From the NCBI GenBank assembly GCA_900769875.1, contig CAAGII010000016.1, positions 14,795-78,794 on the forward strand: a stretch of 64,000 nucleotides of DNA, read 5' to 3'. The stretch is from Clostridia bacterium (GTDB lineage: Bacteria > Bacillota > Clostridia > Christensenellales > Aristaeellaceae). Within the stretch, counting starts at the first letter, position 1. Each line of letters opens with the position of its first letter. Position numbers and translations under genes: made by a program. Positions 17,998-28,300 of the stretch are shown piece after piece. The notes beneath the pieces were generated by a model that worked only from the letters and a program-made list of their open reading frames with translations, searched no databases and was not told the origin of the DNA.

Positions 17998-18524
17998 ATA
18001 CGATCACGGAATTTCACTGGTTTTTCATCACCGACTACGAGAAGGAAGCCGCCTACCTGAGCGATATGCACCGCAGGGGCTGGAAGCTTACGCGCATCGT
18101 CTTTCCCGGATTCTATCATTTTGAGCAGTGCCAGCCGGAAGCGGTGGTCTATCAGCTCGACTACAATCAGGAGGGTCTCCAGCACAAGGCGGAATACACG
18201 CAGATGTTCACGGACTGCGGCTGGGAGTACATGTTTGACTATGTGGGCTACAGCTATTTCCGCAAGCCCGAGAGCGAAATGCAGGGCGACGAGGAAATCT
18301 TCTGCGACGACGAATCGCGTCTGGCCATGCTGCAGCGCATCCTTGCCGGACGCATGCTGCCGCTGCTATGCATCTTTACGGGCATCATCATCCCCCAGCT
18401 GTTCATGCAGAGCAGCCACAGGGTGATGTTCGCGGTGTATGTCGTGCTTTTCATGCTGTACTGCGCGATATTCGCCTACTGTACCGTCGCGTATTTCCGG
18501 ATGCGAAACCGCATACGCAAATAA
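17994..18524 (+). CDS. DUF2812-like membrane protein (usual PadR partner)
   Basis: A 4-nt ATGA overlap links it to padR. It reads EKEAAYLSDMHRRGWKL and has two C-terminal TM helices. The family label is from memory. Confidence 0.65.
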   Translation: MNTITEFHWFFITDYEKEAAYLSDMHRRGWKLTRIVFPGFYHFEQCQPEAVVYQLDYNQEGLQHKAEYTQMFTDCGWEYMFDYVGYSYFRKPESEMQGDEEIFCDDESRLAMLQRILAGRMLPLLCIFTGIIIPQLFMQSSHRVMFAVYVVLFMLYCAIFAYCTVAYFRMRNRIRK

Positions 18525-18532
18525 CTGTCCAC

Positions 18533-18587
18533 AAAAAAGGCTGCCGGATGCTTGGACTGGGAACAGTCCAGCTTCCAGCAGTCTTTT
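18533..18587. terminator. bidirectional terminator between convergent genes
   Basis: The sequence is AAAAAA-GGCTGC...GCTTGGACTG-ggaa-CAGTCCAGC...GCAGTC-TTTT. It forms nested stems flanked by an A-tract and a T-tract. Confidence 0.5.
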
Positions 18588-18602
18588 GCGTATCACGCGT
18601 GG

Positions 18603-19805
18603 TTATGCCTTCCTGACAGCGGGCGCGCGCTTGGTCTCGGGTTTGATTTCGCCCGCGCGGGTCAGCGCGATCTTGGTAATCACGGGGCCGACCAGCTCAT
18701 AGATCAGCGTACCGCTGAGCACCACAGCGTTGATGATATCCGCATACTCGGGCAGGGTCGTCATGGACATGCGCGCCATACCGATCGCCACGCCGGCTTG
18801 GGGAATCAGCGTGAAACCCAGATACTTGATGATGTTCGGGTCGCATTTCTGCGTCACTGCGCCAAGCGTTGCGCCCACACACTTGCCCAGCGCGCGGCTG
18901 AGTACATACGCTACGCCCACCACCCCGACCGTCCTGAGCACGTCAAGGTTGAGGTTCGCGCCGCTGAGCACAAAGAACAGAAGGAACAGCGGCGGGGTAA
19001 AGCGGTCGACCTGCTCCAGCATGACGTCCGCCTTCGGGGTGAGGTTAATCATGGTCGCGCCCACCATCATGCAGACCAGCAGGCTGGAAAGATCAAACAC
19101 CTCGGAAAGACCGACCGCCGTGAACACCGCCAGAATGGACAGGCTCAGGCGCTTGCCGCGGCTGTGAAAGAACGGGATGATCAGCACCAGCACAATGCCG
19201 ATGACCACGCCCAGACCCAGCGAGCACACAATCTCCAGCAGCGGCTCCACCAGCAGCGTCATCACGCTCAGTGCGGAGCCGTCCACCAGTGTGCGCGCCA
19301 CCGCCATCAGGATGGCGTAGAGCATCAGGCCGAGCGCGTCGTCCATGGCGACCACGGGCAGCAGCATCTTGGATACGGGGCCGTTCGCCTTGTACTGGCG
19401 TACCACCATCAGCGTAGCGGCCGGCGCGGTCGCGGCGGCAATGGCGCCCAGCGCAAGGCACAGTGGCAGCGGCTGTCCGAAGGCGAGCAGCGTCAGGAAC
19501 ACAAGCAGCGACGCCGCGCAGCCCTCAAAGGCTGTGATGATGATGGGCTTGATGCCGATCTCCCGCAGATAGCTCAGCTTAAATTCCGAGCCGATGGAGT
19601 AGGCGATAAAACCAAGCGCCACATTGGAAAGAATGGTGAGCTGGCTGTTCATGGCCGGGGTCAGGGCGCCAAGCACATAGGGTCCCACCAGAAGGCCCGC
19701 GACAAGATAGCCCGTCACGTCCGGCAGATGAATCAGCTTCACCAGACGCGTGAGCAAAAGACCCATGGCGATCGCACAGGCAAGCGCAAGCAGCGTATTG
19801 TTCAT
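18603..19805 (-). CDS. cation:proton antiporter (Na+/H+ exchanger family)
   Basis: The N-terminus LPDVTGYLVAGLLVGPYVLG is typical of CPA-type exchangers. It has ~11-12 TM segments and no C-terminal RCK domain. Confidence 0.8.
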   Translation of the reverse strand: MNNTLLALACAIAMGLLLTRLVKLIHLPDVTGYLVAGLLVGPYVLGALTPAMNSQLTILSNVALGFIAYSIGSEFKLSYLREIGIKPIIITAFEGCAASLLVFLTLLAFGQPLPLCLALGAIAAATAPAATLMVVRQYKANGPVSKMLLPVVAMDDALGLMLYAILMAVARTLVDGSALSVMTLLVEPLLEIVCSLGLGVVIGIVLVLIIPFFHSRGKRLSLSILAVFTAVGLSEVFDLSSLLVCMMVGATMINLTPKADVMLEQVDRFTPPLFLLFFVLSGANLNLDVLRTVGVVGVAYVLSRALGKCVGATLGAVTQKCDPNIIKYLGFTLIPQAGVAIGMARMSMTTLPEYADIINAVVLSGTLIYELVGPVITKIALTRAGEIKPETKRAPAVRKA

Positions 19806-20149
19806 TTCTTCTTTTCCAGTCCTTCCACATAGGTCGTGGGGATGCAGAAGCAGATGCCGGTATCCGGCTGATCCAGACCGCCGGTCGCCTCATTGATGAT
19901 GTCCGTCAGCTGCTGACGCTGTTCATCGCGGATGATGGCGAACATGGTCTTGGAGCGCTTCCGCTCCGGGCTGTAGAAGTGGCGCAGAAGCCCCATCATG
20001 GGCAGATCGACGTTATCGTCGCCGTCCAGCACGCGCATCATGCCGGTCGAATCAAGCACAGTCGCGCCGCCGATGCCCTGTTCGAGCATCATCTCCAGAA
20101 TCCGCTCCAGGCGCTCCACCTTGTTGAGCACAAGCACAAACATCTGCAT
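19802..20149 (-). CDS. PII-like small regulatory protein
   Basis: The 116-aa sequence MQMFVLVLNKVERLERILEMMLEQGIGGATVLDSTGM...MFAIIRDEQRQQLTDIINEA shows a beta-alpha-beta x2 pattern like GlnB/PII. GGGAGG lies 8 nt upstream of ATG 20149. An ATGA overlap links it to the antiporter gene. Confidence 0.5.
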   Translation of the reverse strand: MQMFVLVLNKVERLERILEMMLEQGIGGATVLDSTGMMRVLDGDDNVDLPMMGLLRHFYSPERKRSKTMFAIIRDEQRQQLTDIINEATGGLDQPDTGICFCIPTTYVEGLEKKK

Positions 20150-20225
20150 AGGTTTGCCTCCCTCTGTACGGCGGCTGTGACGCAAGTGATACGCAGAGCC
20201 ATAGTCGCTCGTTTGTCCGGATGGT

Positions 20226-20253
20226 ATTGTAGCACTTTCGTGCGGATTGTCAA
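20226..20253 (-). promoter_or_regulatory. sigma-A promoter of the PII-like/antiporter operon
   Basis: The minus strand reads TTGACA (20253-20248), a 16-nt spacer, then TACAAT (20231-20226). Confidence 0.55.
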
Positions 20254-20427
20254 GGTTTGCGGCCCTTCTCCCCGGACGCGCAGCCCGGGAATTCTCATGA
20301 ATTTCTCATCAATTCCACTGCAATTTCACAAGCAAACAGCCGCATGTTGTGGTATGATGATGGTGTCGCAGGGGAAGCACAGCATCGCTCCCCTCGCCCG
20401 GTTCAATAACGAAAGGAGATTCCCGAT

Positions 20428-21153
20428 ATGGCAAGCTACACCATCGAAGACATTGAACTCATCCGCAAGAAGAGCGGGATCAGCTACCAGGAGGCTGTTG
20501 CCCTGCTGGACTATCATAACGGCAACGTGGCCCGCGCCCTGATTGATCTGGAGCGCAACGGACGCATCCAGAGCGACGAGCCCCAGCAGCGCCCCCAGCA
20601 GCAGTCCGACCCCCGCGCCGCAAGAAGGAGCGCAGTGGGCTTCCTGCAAAGGCTGTACCGCACCCGCGTCCATGTCGCGAAGGATCGCACACCGGTTGCC
20701 AATCTGAGCATCCTGTTTGTCGGCGCCTGCTTCCTTGTCTCGCCGTGGACGGTGATTGGCTCCGCCATCCTCTCCGCCGTGCTTGGCTACAAAATCTCCT
20801 ATGTGCGCGATGATCCCGACTTTGGCAACGAGAATCTGGAAAAGACCGTCCGCAGCGCATGCGATAACGCCAAAAGCACCGTGGATGACCTGATGGGCAC
20901 CATCAAGGACGCCGCCAGGGAAGTGGAAAAGAAGGCGCATGCCGCCACTGCCGAGCCCGGAAACGACGCTGCCCCTGCCGCCGACAGCCGCAGCTACTAC
21001 GGCGCCAATCCCGCAGCCACTACCTACCACAGCAGCTACACCGGCAACAGCGATATTCCCACCATTCAGGTGCCTGTGCAGGTGCAGAGCCAGGACGGCA
21101 ACGTCAGCGTGGAGGACGAGGGCGACGGACACAGCAGCGCCACCATCGGCTGA
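20428..21153 (+). CDS. UBA/TS-N-like N-terminal domain protein with a DUF4342-like hydrophobic core and a low-complexity tail
   Basis: GAAAGGAG precedes ATG 20428. It reads IEDIELIRKKSGISYQEAVALLDYHNGNVARALIDLE (an EF-Ts/UBA-like helix bundle) and then RVHVAKDRTPVANLSILFVGACFLVSPWTVIGSAIL. The family label is from memory. Confidence 0.5.
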   Translation: MASYTIEDIELIRKKSGISYQEAVALLDYHNGNVARALIDLERNGRIQSDEPQQRPQQQSDPRAARRSAVGFLQRLYRTRVHVAKDRTPVANLSILFVGACFLVSPWTVIGSAILSAVLGYKISYVRDDPDFGNENLEKTVRSACDNAKSTVDDLMGTIKDAAREVEKKAHAATAEPGNDAAPAADSRSYYGANPAATTYHSSYTGNSDIPTIQVPVQVQSQDGNVSVEDEGDGHSSATIG

Positions 21154-21236
21154 TCGTTTGAACCAGTTTCATGGGCAGCCCGGAGCATCCGGACTGCCTT
21201 GTGTGCGTATGATTGCCGATCACAGGAGTTGATAGC

Positions 21237-21923
21237 ATGCCCCGCATTCTGATTGTGGAGGACGAAAAGAAAATCGCGCGCTTCCTTGAGCTGGAGCTGC
21301 GCCACGAGGGCTACGAGGTGGATACCGCGGGCGATGGACGCACAGGGCTGGACAAGGCGCTGTCATGCAAGCCTGACCTGATAATCCTCGACCTGATGCT
21401 GCCCGAGCTGAGCGGGATCGAGGTATGCCGCCGCCTTCGTCACGAAAGCGATGTGCCCATCATCATGCTCACCGCCAAGGACGACGTCTCCGACAAGGTG
21501 ATGGGGCTGGATGTGGGCGCGGACGATTACATGACCAAGCCCTTCGCCATTGAGGAGCTGCTCGCGCGCATCCGTGTGGGGCTGAAAAAGCATCGGGCCA
21601 TGAACGCGGACGCGGCACAGGAGCATGTGCTGACGGCGGGTCAGCTGCGGCTTGATGCAGCCAGCTACACGGTCAGCTGGAAGGGCTCGCCCATCAGCCT
21701 GACCAAGAAGGAGTTCGACCTGCTGCACTACCTGATGGCGCACAAGGGGCAGGCCGTGACCCGCGACACGCTGCTCAGCGACGTGTGGGGCTACGACTAC
21801 GCAGGCGACACCAATGTGGTGGATGTGTACATCCGCTACCTGCGCCACAAGATTGACGAGCCGCTGGGCATCAAGACTCTCCACACCATTCGCGCTGTGG
21901 GCTATATGTTCCGCTATGAGTAA
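21237..21923 (+). CDS. OmpR-family response regulator
   Basis: It reads RILIVEDEKKIARFL...DLIILDLMLPELSG...IIMLTAKDD...GADDYMTKPF, followed by a winged-helix C-terminus. AGGAG lies 8 nt upstream of ATG 21237. Confidence 0.9.
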   Translation: MPRILIVEDEKKIARFLELELRHEGYEVDTAGDGRTGLDKALSCKPDLIILDLMLPELSGIEVCRRLRHESDVPIIMLTAKDDVSDKVMGLDVGADDYMTKPFAIEELLARIRVGLKKHRAMNADAAQEHVLTAGQLRLDAASYTVSWKGSPISLTKKEFDLLHYLMAHKGQAVTRDTLLSDVWGYDYAGDTNVVDVYIRYLRHKIDEPLGIKTLHTIRAVGYMFRYE

Positions 21924-23382
21924 GAAGCACAGAAAAAAGGCGGTTCCCGGGGAAAGGCAGCCGAATCTGTACAACCGCCTTGCGCACATCTCCAGCAGGC
22001 TGCGCTTTTCGCTGACCTTCCGTATCGCGCTGCATTACTGTAGCCAGTTGCTGCGGACGGTGTTTTCCCACGCGCTGATCGTCACGCTGAGTCTCCTGCT
22101 TGGCGTGTCGGCGCTTTTGTACAGCGATCTGGACTGCCTGCGCTCCGCTGTCTTGGCGGGCTCAGCGGACGCTCCCGCTTCTCTGTGGGAGGAAAGCTAC
22201 GCCGTGCAGCTCAGCCTGATGCCAGACGCCGACTGGTACGATACCGGCGAGCTGCTGCGCATGAATCTCAGCGCCAACGCCTCCTCGCTGCCCTACCGTC
22301 TCACGGTGCTGCTGCCCTCGCCCCGCGGCGGACTCATGAAGGCATGCTATCGGCTGTCTCCGCTCTATACGCTCTGGGCCGTGCTGATGGCCGGCGTGCT
22401 TTTGTCCGATCTTGTGCGGATGCTTTATCTTATGCGGCATCACCACCGGCTCGATGAGCGGGTGCTGTCGCCCATCCGCGATATGACCGAGCTTGCAGCG
22501 ACGCTGAGCGCCAACAACCTTTCCAACCGCATCAACGTCGCGGGCACCAAGGATGAGCTCAAGGATCTTGCGGTGGTCATCAACTCCATGCTTGATCGCA
22601 TTGAGCGCAGCTACAACAGCCAGAAGCAGTTTGTATCCGACGCCAGCCATGAGCTGCGCACACCGATTGCGGTGATTCAGGGCTACGTGAACATGCTCAA
22701 GCGCTGGGGTAAGGATGATCCCAACGTGCTGGACGAAGGCCTTGCCGCGATCTCGCAGGAAACCGCCAGCATGAAGGAACTGGTGGAGAACCTGCTCTTC
22801 CTTGCAAGGCACGACAAAAAAACGCTGATGCTGGAGATGGAGACCTTCGACCCCTGCGATATGGTGTCCGAGCTCTATCGCGAAGCGCAGATGGTCACGC
22901 CGGGCGACCGTTTCGAGCTGCTGTCCAGCGATCACTGCACCATCGAAGCCGACCGCGGCATGATCAAGCAGGTCATGCGCATCCTGCTGGACAACGCCGT
23001 GAAATACACACCGCCCGGTGGCACCATCGGCATGGGCGTATACGCCACCCCGAACGGCTGCTCGCTGGTGATGAAGGACAACGGCGCGGGCATTCCCGGC
23101 GACGAGCTTGCCAAGATTTTTGACCGCTTCTACCGCTCCGACAGCGCCCGTAAGGCAGAAAGCGGCGGTCACGGCCTGGGGCTGAGCATCGCGCGCATCA
23201 TTGTGGTAGCGCACGGCGGCAAAATACGCGTCCGAAGCAAGGTGGGCGAAGGCACCGTTTTCTCCGTGCTGCTCCCCGCGCATCAGACCATTGCCCCAGC
23301 CGCGGTAGAGCCTCCCGCCGCAGAGGAGCAGCCGCCGAAAAAGCTTCGCCGCAGACTGCGCAAAAAGGTCAACGCCGCATAA
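21916..23382 (+). CDS. sensor histidine kinase
   Basis: The H-box is SHELRTPIAVIQGY, the N-box is LLDNAVKYTPPGG and the G-box is GHGLGLSIARIIV. The start ATG 21916 overlaps the regulator's stop (ATGAGTAA). Confidence 0.9.
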   Translation: MSKKHRKKAVPGERQPNLYNRLAHISSRLRFSLTFRIALHYCSQLLRTVFSHALIVTLSLLLGVSALLYSDLDCLRSAVLAGSADAPASLWEESYAVQLSLMPDADWYDTGELLRMNLSANASSLPYRLTVLLPSPRGGLMKACYRLSPLYTLWAVLMAGVLLSDLVRMLYLMRHHHRLDERVLSPIRDMTELAATLSANNLSNRINVAGTKDELKDLAVVINSMLDRIERSYNSQKQFVSDASHELRTPIAVIQGYVNMLKRWGKDDPNVLDEGLAAISQETASMKELVENLLFLARHDKKTLMLEMETFDPCDMVSELYREAQMVTPGDRFELLSSDHCTIEADRGMIKQVMRILLDNAVKYTPPGGTIGMGVYATPNGCSLVMKDNGAGIPGDELAKIFDRFYRSDSARKAESGGHGLGLSIARIIVVAHGGKIRVRSKVGEGTVFSVLLPAHQTIAPAAVEPPAAEEQPPKKLRRRLRKKVNAA

Positions 23383-23421
23383 GAAAAGGTGCGGAGGACG
23401 AACCACACCGAGTATACAGGA

Positions 23422-23457
23422 AAAGGGCATGATCCTTTCATCGGGATCATGCCCTTT
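23422..23457. terminator. bidirectional intrinsic terminator between the kinase gene and the end of the EPS operon
   Basis: AAAGGGCATGATCC-tttcatcg-GGATCATGCCCTTT forms a perfect 14-bp stem. A/T runs flank both sides. Confidence 0.7.
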
Positions 23458-23505
23458 CCTGTGCCACGCAGCATAGCGGCATCGTATCTGCCATGCTGCC
23501 TGGGA

Positions 23506-25389
23506 TTATTCTTCCCCGGAGGCGGGGTTTTCCTCCATCTGTGCCGCTTCGGGGTGCTGCGCTTCTACGGATTGCTGCGCTTCCTCGGGCTGCTGCGCTT
23601 CTTCGGATTGCTGCGCTTCCTCGGATTGCTGCGCTTCCTCGGGCTGTAGCGCCTGCTCAGGCATGGCTGTGCGCAGCCTCTCCGCCTCCTGCGCCTCCTG
23701 CTGATAGGCTGCGCTGACGGTCATGCGCACATGCCCTTTGGCGAGCGCATCCGCCATGTCAAAATGCGTGTGATCCATGTGCTGCTGCTCTGCGCCCGCA
23801 GCGCTCTGGTAGACCAGCTTCACCGCAGGTTCCTCAGCCGCATGCTCACGCCACTCAAACACACAGATCACCGACAGAAGAATCAGAATCGGAATGATGC
23901 TGTAATGGTAGCGCACCTGCGTTTCCAGCAGCATAAAGCTCAGCGCTGAGGCAAGGAAGTACAGCATCGACAGCATCTGCAGCGGCATGGGCGCGCGCTG
24001 CCTGCGCCATGCCTCGATGGCGCCCAGCATCGAAAGCAGCAGGATCGCCATATACATCGGTCTTGTAAGCGTACGCACCTTTTCCAGCGACGCGCTCAGT
24101 TCCTCGGTCAGCGTCTGCTGCTGCCCCGCCCAGAGCAGATTCCAGTCGATGCCGAAATCATCCGTCTGCCAAAGATCGCGGAACTTGTAGACCATCAGAT
24201 TCAGCACGTTTTCGGGCTCTGCGGACATGCGGTCGATTGCGCGCTGCATGGCTGCGGCGTGCGCCTCGTTCGCTGAACCGGTCTGCTCGTAGGCGTCTGC
24301 GAAGAAATCCGCGTCCTCCTGATTCCAGATGCCCTTGTGCTCGGCATTCAATCCCACCATCATGTTGTAGCCGGAGGCGTTCAGTCCGGAAGCCGGCTGC
24401 TCCATGATGATGTCCTTGATGGCGCGCGTCATCACGTTTGCGCCGCCAAGGTAAAACATGACCGCCACCAGCACGCACAGCCAGCCCTTGGAGAGCATCA
24501 CACGCATGCCCTCGGTCTTGGCCTTGCCCGTCGGATCGCCGCCGGTCATCACCTGCACCACAGCCCACGCCGCCATCAGGAGCAGCGCCATGGGGCGGAT
24601 CGCGCCCGCAATCGCGGTCATGACGCCAATGAGCGGCAGCGTCAATACCGCGCGCAGCGGAGAGGCGACATACAGGCTGTTCGGGCCGCGGTCGATCTCG
24701 TATACCATCATGTCCAGCGCCAGCAGCGTCATCATGGTGTAGCTCGGCTCGGTCGCCACCATGGTGCCGTACAGGATGTGCGAGGGCCACAGGCTCATCA
24801 GCGCCATGCCTGCCACCGAGGCCGCCTTGCCCATGGTACGGTACGCGATGCGGCCTACCAGCACCACCGAAATCATGCTGCACACGAGGTTCGCATACAG
24901 CGCGTTCTGCACGCTTGCGCCAAAGACGCGGAACACGGGCAGCAGCACCAGCATTGGGTAGCCGATGGTGTGCGGATACTGCGCGATATAGCGGCGATCC
25001 ACCTCTGCCTCGGGCGATAGCATGGTGCCGCGGAGAAGATGATTGGCCATGCGGTAATACGTTTCAAAGTCGGACTCGGGCTCCAGTACAATCCCGTGAA
25101 TCGTGCGAAGGCGCAGATACAGTCCCAGTCCGATCACCAGCGCGGATGCGGACAGCCACAGCGTGTTGCGCAGCCATAGCGGCATCCGGGGCGCGGCGCG
25201 GTTCACCACACGCACGCCAAGGAAGCATGCCAGCATCATACCCGTCAGGGACAGAAGGTACGCGCCCTGCAGCAGATACTCGCGCTCGGTTGCCCGGGTG
25301 TTGTATTCCAGCGCCGCGCTCAGCGCAAGGCCCATGCACATGATGAACAAGCCCAGCATCACATATTCCAGCGCGTTTTTTTTGCGCAT
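23506..25389 (-). CDS. GT-C-type (PMT_2/ArnT-like, GT39/83-like) polytopic glycosyltransferase with an acidic repeat tail
   Basis: The first-loop string LEPESDFETYYRMANHLLRG is followed by YPHTIGYPMLVLLPVFRVFGAS...LVCSMISVVLVGRIAYR...LMSLWPSHILYGTMVATEP. This matches the layout of PMT_2-type GT-C enzymes. It has ~12 TM helices. The C-terminus is PEEAQQSEEAQQSEEAQQPEEAQQS. Confidence 0.65.
   Translation of the reverse strand: MRKKNALEYVMLGLFIMCMGLALSAALEYNTRATEREYLLQGAYLLSLTGMMLACFLGVRVVNRAAPRMPLWLRNTLWLSASALVIGLGLYLRLRTIHGIVLEPESDFETYYRMANHLLRGTMLSPEAEVDRRYIAQYPHTIGYPMLVLLPVFRVFGASVQNALYANLVCSMISVVLVGRIAYRTMGKAASVAGMALMSLWPSHILYGTMVATEPSYTMMTLLALDMMVYEIDRGPNSLYVASPLRAVLTLPLIGVMTAIAGAIRPMALLLMAAWAVVQVMTGGDPTGKAKTEGMRVMLSKGWLCVLVAVMFYLGGANVMTRAIKDIIMEQPASGLNASGYNMMVGLNAEHKGIWNQEDADFFADAYEQTGSANEAHAAAMQRAIDRMSAEPENVLNLMVYKFRDLWQTDDFGIDWNLLWAGQQQTLTEELSASLEKVRTLTRPMYMAILLLSMLGAIEAWRRQRAPMPLQMLSMLYFLASALSFMLLETQVRYHYSIIPILILLSVICVFEWREHAAEEPAVKLVYQSAAGAEQQHMDHTHFDMADALAKGHVRMTVSAAYQQEAQEAERLRTAMPEQALQPEEAQQSEEAQQSEEAQQPEEAQQSVEAQHPEAAQMEENPASGEE
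23538..23661 (-). repeat. in-frame 18-bp tandem repeat (about 4 near-perfect and 2-3 degenerate units) encoding (E-E-A-Q-Q-S/P)n
   Basis: Plus-strand units are ttgctgcgcttcctcggg (23572-23589), ctgctgcgcttcttcgga (23590-23607), ttgctgcgcttcctcgga (23608-23625) and ttgctgcgcttcctcggg (23626-23643). Degenerate copies lie on both sides. Confidence 0.9.
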
Positions 25390-28300
25390 CAGGCATTCCT
25401 CCCCTCGTTGGCTTTCAGATCGCGTCTGCCCATTGCCCTGCGAATCAGGGCGCGCAGCAGCACGGTGGCTGCTGTGATGACCATCAGGTCATGACAAAGC
25501 ATGAAGGTGAACAGCTGCTTGTTGTTGTCCGCAAAGCCGTTGCCGATCACCGTCAGCGGATACTGGAAGGCGCCTGTCAGCATCACGCACACAAACAGGA
25601 ACGCCAGCAGCCGCTGCTGCGCGCAGCGCCCGCGCGAGCACATGACGCGGATGCACACAATCAGCCCAGCGCCGTAAAGCAGCACATACTGCCAGAAGGC
25701 CTGACACGCAGTGTAGGGACGCACAGCCTGCCAAAGATTGAAGCGGTACATTCCCTCGTGCAGATCATAGCGCTCGTCCGTATACGCCATGAAATGACTG
25801 TGCAGGGTGCGGGACTCCTGCGCCGCGTGGTCAAGCATTTTCAGCAGATCGCCCGGATGGCGCAGATAGTAGCGCACCATGGTAAGCGCGTTGATTTTGC
25901 TGTAGATGGCTTCCTCCGCCTCGTCCGACAGCATGGGATACACATAATCCTCGTCCGCATGGTAGGCATGCTTGCCGATGTCCGCCTTGAGCACGGGATC
26001 AAGCCCCAGCTCCTCCATGGCGGCGTCCACATCGTCCGCAATCATCAGCGCGCCGTAGAACACGCTCTGCCAGACCGTCTGCTTGGAGGAAATCTCGTCG
26101 TTCTTGCGGTACACGCCCACGCTATCCCATGCCACATAACCGCACAAAAGCGTCATCACCAGCGCATAGCACACGCTGCGAGCCCACATGGGCAGACGCT
26201 GTACCATGGTCGAATGCTCCTTGCGCACAGGGCGATGGTAGACGCCCAGCACGATCATCAACGCAAGCCCTGATGGCATCGCCAGCAGCAGCTGCGCCTT
26301 GGAGCATGTCAGCATCCTGACGGAGACGGCAAGCAGCGCCAGCCAGAGCATGCGCCGCCTGCCTGCGCGCGGCATGACCATCAAATGCACCGCGCAGGCC
26401 AGCATCAGCATCAGCGAGGTGCAGATGGTGCTTTCGCCAAAGAGCGAATTGTACCATGCCACATAGTTTTCGCCAAAGAGCATCGCCACCAGCAGCACGC
26501 CCATGAAAAGCGTGCCGCGTCCAAGCAGCGGATAGAGATCGTGCAAAAGCAGAAGCACCGCCGCAAGGGTCAGCGCCAGCAGAATCCATGCCTGCACCAG
26601 CGTGGAGTACGGCGAGCCGGTTACAAGGCTCCACAATCGCACCAGCATCGACGGGAAAATGAGCGAATAGGTCGGGTCGGCGGAGGTCAGACGCTGCGGA
26701 TGGAACGGCTCGCGGTAATCGTATTCCTCAACCACGCGCGTGGCAAGCTGATCGCTGCTGTGATCCAGCAGCTCCCTTGTCCAGTACAGATCGATCTGCT
26801 CCATCATGCGGCCAAAGTCGCCGTTGTTCACACCGCCGATGTGCCGTGCAGGCAGCAGCAGACAGCAGCAGATCGTAAATGCCATGATCGCGCAGAGCCA
26901 CATGACCGCGCTGCGTCCCGGTCTCAATCTGTCAAGGCGGGCAAAAGGCGCGCGCACCTCCGCATGCTGCCACGGGAGCGACAGTGGCGCGTCATGCGAA
27001 GCAAGGAAGGCGAGCAGCCGCTGCGTGAACAGCGCAAGCGCCGCGATACCGCCCAGCAGACCAAGCCATCCCAGGAAAAAGAACATCACCTTTGTCATGG
27101 CTACGTCAAGTCCGCCTGTCAGGATCATGGAGACAGGCAGCATCAGCGCGCCGCACGCACAAAGCGAGGAAAGCGCAAGGCACAGCCTGCGCAGCCCCTG
27201 TCTGCACGCAATGGACAATCCAAGCAGAGCAAGCGCCGCGCCAATCATGCGCCAGGTGGTCGCCTCGAGGCCGCCCTCGCCAAACAGCAGGCGAAGCAGC
27301 ATCAGGGGCGAAGGGCGTTCAAAGCCGCGCTCCCAGCCTTCATACACCACGCGCCCGTTGATCGCGTCATAATAATGGTTCTTCTTGTCGCGCAGAAGCT
27401 GCGTCACAAGCTCCGGATGCTTCAGGCAGTAGGCCACGCGCTTTTCAAGGCTGATGGCCTCGCGCAGATGCTCGTCACCGCGCGGGTCATGCGCAAAGAG
27501 CGACGCATCGTCATAATAGGAGCGGCCGATGTCACGCTGATAATCCGCGTCCAGCCCGAAGCCCGCCAGCACGCGCTCAGGATCGTCCGTCACCTGAAGG
27601 TAGCCCTGAAACACCGCCAGATGATTGGCCGCGTCCGAGCGGATATCCGCCTGGGCTGCGACGCTCACCGCCACGCTTGTGCCGCCCGCGACGAGCGCGG
27701 CAGCCGTCAGCACGCAGTAGAACGGCCTCTCGCAGCGCTGTGGCAGCGCATGCCAGACCGTCATCAACACGCAGATAACCACAGCCGGCAGGAAGGCAAG
27801 CATCTGCGGCTGCGTCTGTAACAGCGCAACGCCCGGCACAAGCACCATCGCTACCCGCAGGAAGCCCGAGCCCCGGTCGCCGCACAGTGCGTTGACCGTG
27901 CAGCCGATCAGGAGCATCAGCCACGCCATGGCGGCGCCCATGGGATAAAGGCTGTTCAGATAGGCGGTGATATCGCTGTGCATCATCGCCAGCGTCATCA
28001 CCGCAGCGCTCGCGATGGCTGCCGTGCGGCTGCGCCGGTACAGCCCGCTCACCGCAAGGTAAACGCCCAGCGCGATCATCAGCGCGTAGGCGCAGGCAAG
28101 CAGCCTTGTGTCAAAGAGAAGGCCAAAGGGCTGCGTCACAAGGCGCACCAGCGCTGCCGGGTACAGCATGCCGGGCTGTCCGGGCTTCAAAAGCGACGCA
28201 TAGTCGAACCGCTGATAGGCGAACGCTTGCGCCACGTCGCCCGGCTGCACCTGCTCGTCCGCCCATGTGATGCGCAGCTGCTCCATCGCGCCGACATAGG

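Noticed and set aside
21814-21915. Several track ORFs have N-terminal extensions: the kinase 21814, the regulator 49669, fucO 45786, polA 47177, the dehydratase 50671, wecB 43138, the Trx-GH8 gene 41909, 40287, 31140 and 35009.
   Set aside because: In each case an internal ATG, GTG or TTG with a well-spaced GGAGG-like site gives an N-terminus matching the family norm. The extension also overlaps promoters, terminators or the upstream gene.
23389-23649. An 86-aa plus-strand ORF ends in a LLRFLGLLRFFGLLRFLGLLRF repeat.
   Set aside because: It is simply the antisense reading of the 18-bp tandem repeat that encodes the (EEAQQS)n tail of the GT-C protein. It also runs through the bidirectional terminator hairpin.
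23538-23661. The tandem 18-bp repeats were considered as a possible CRISPR or other non-coding array.
   Set aside because: The units are contiguous with no spacers. Their length is a multiple of three, and they sit in frame inside a long ORF. This is a coding low-complexity repeat.
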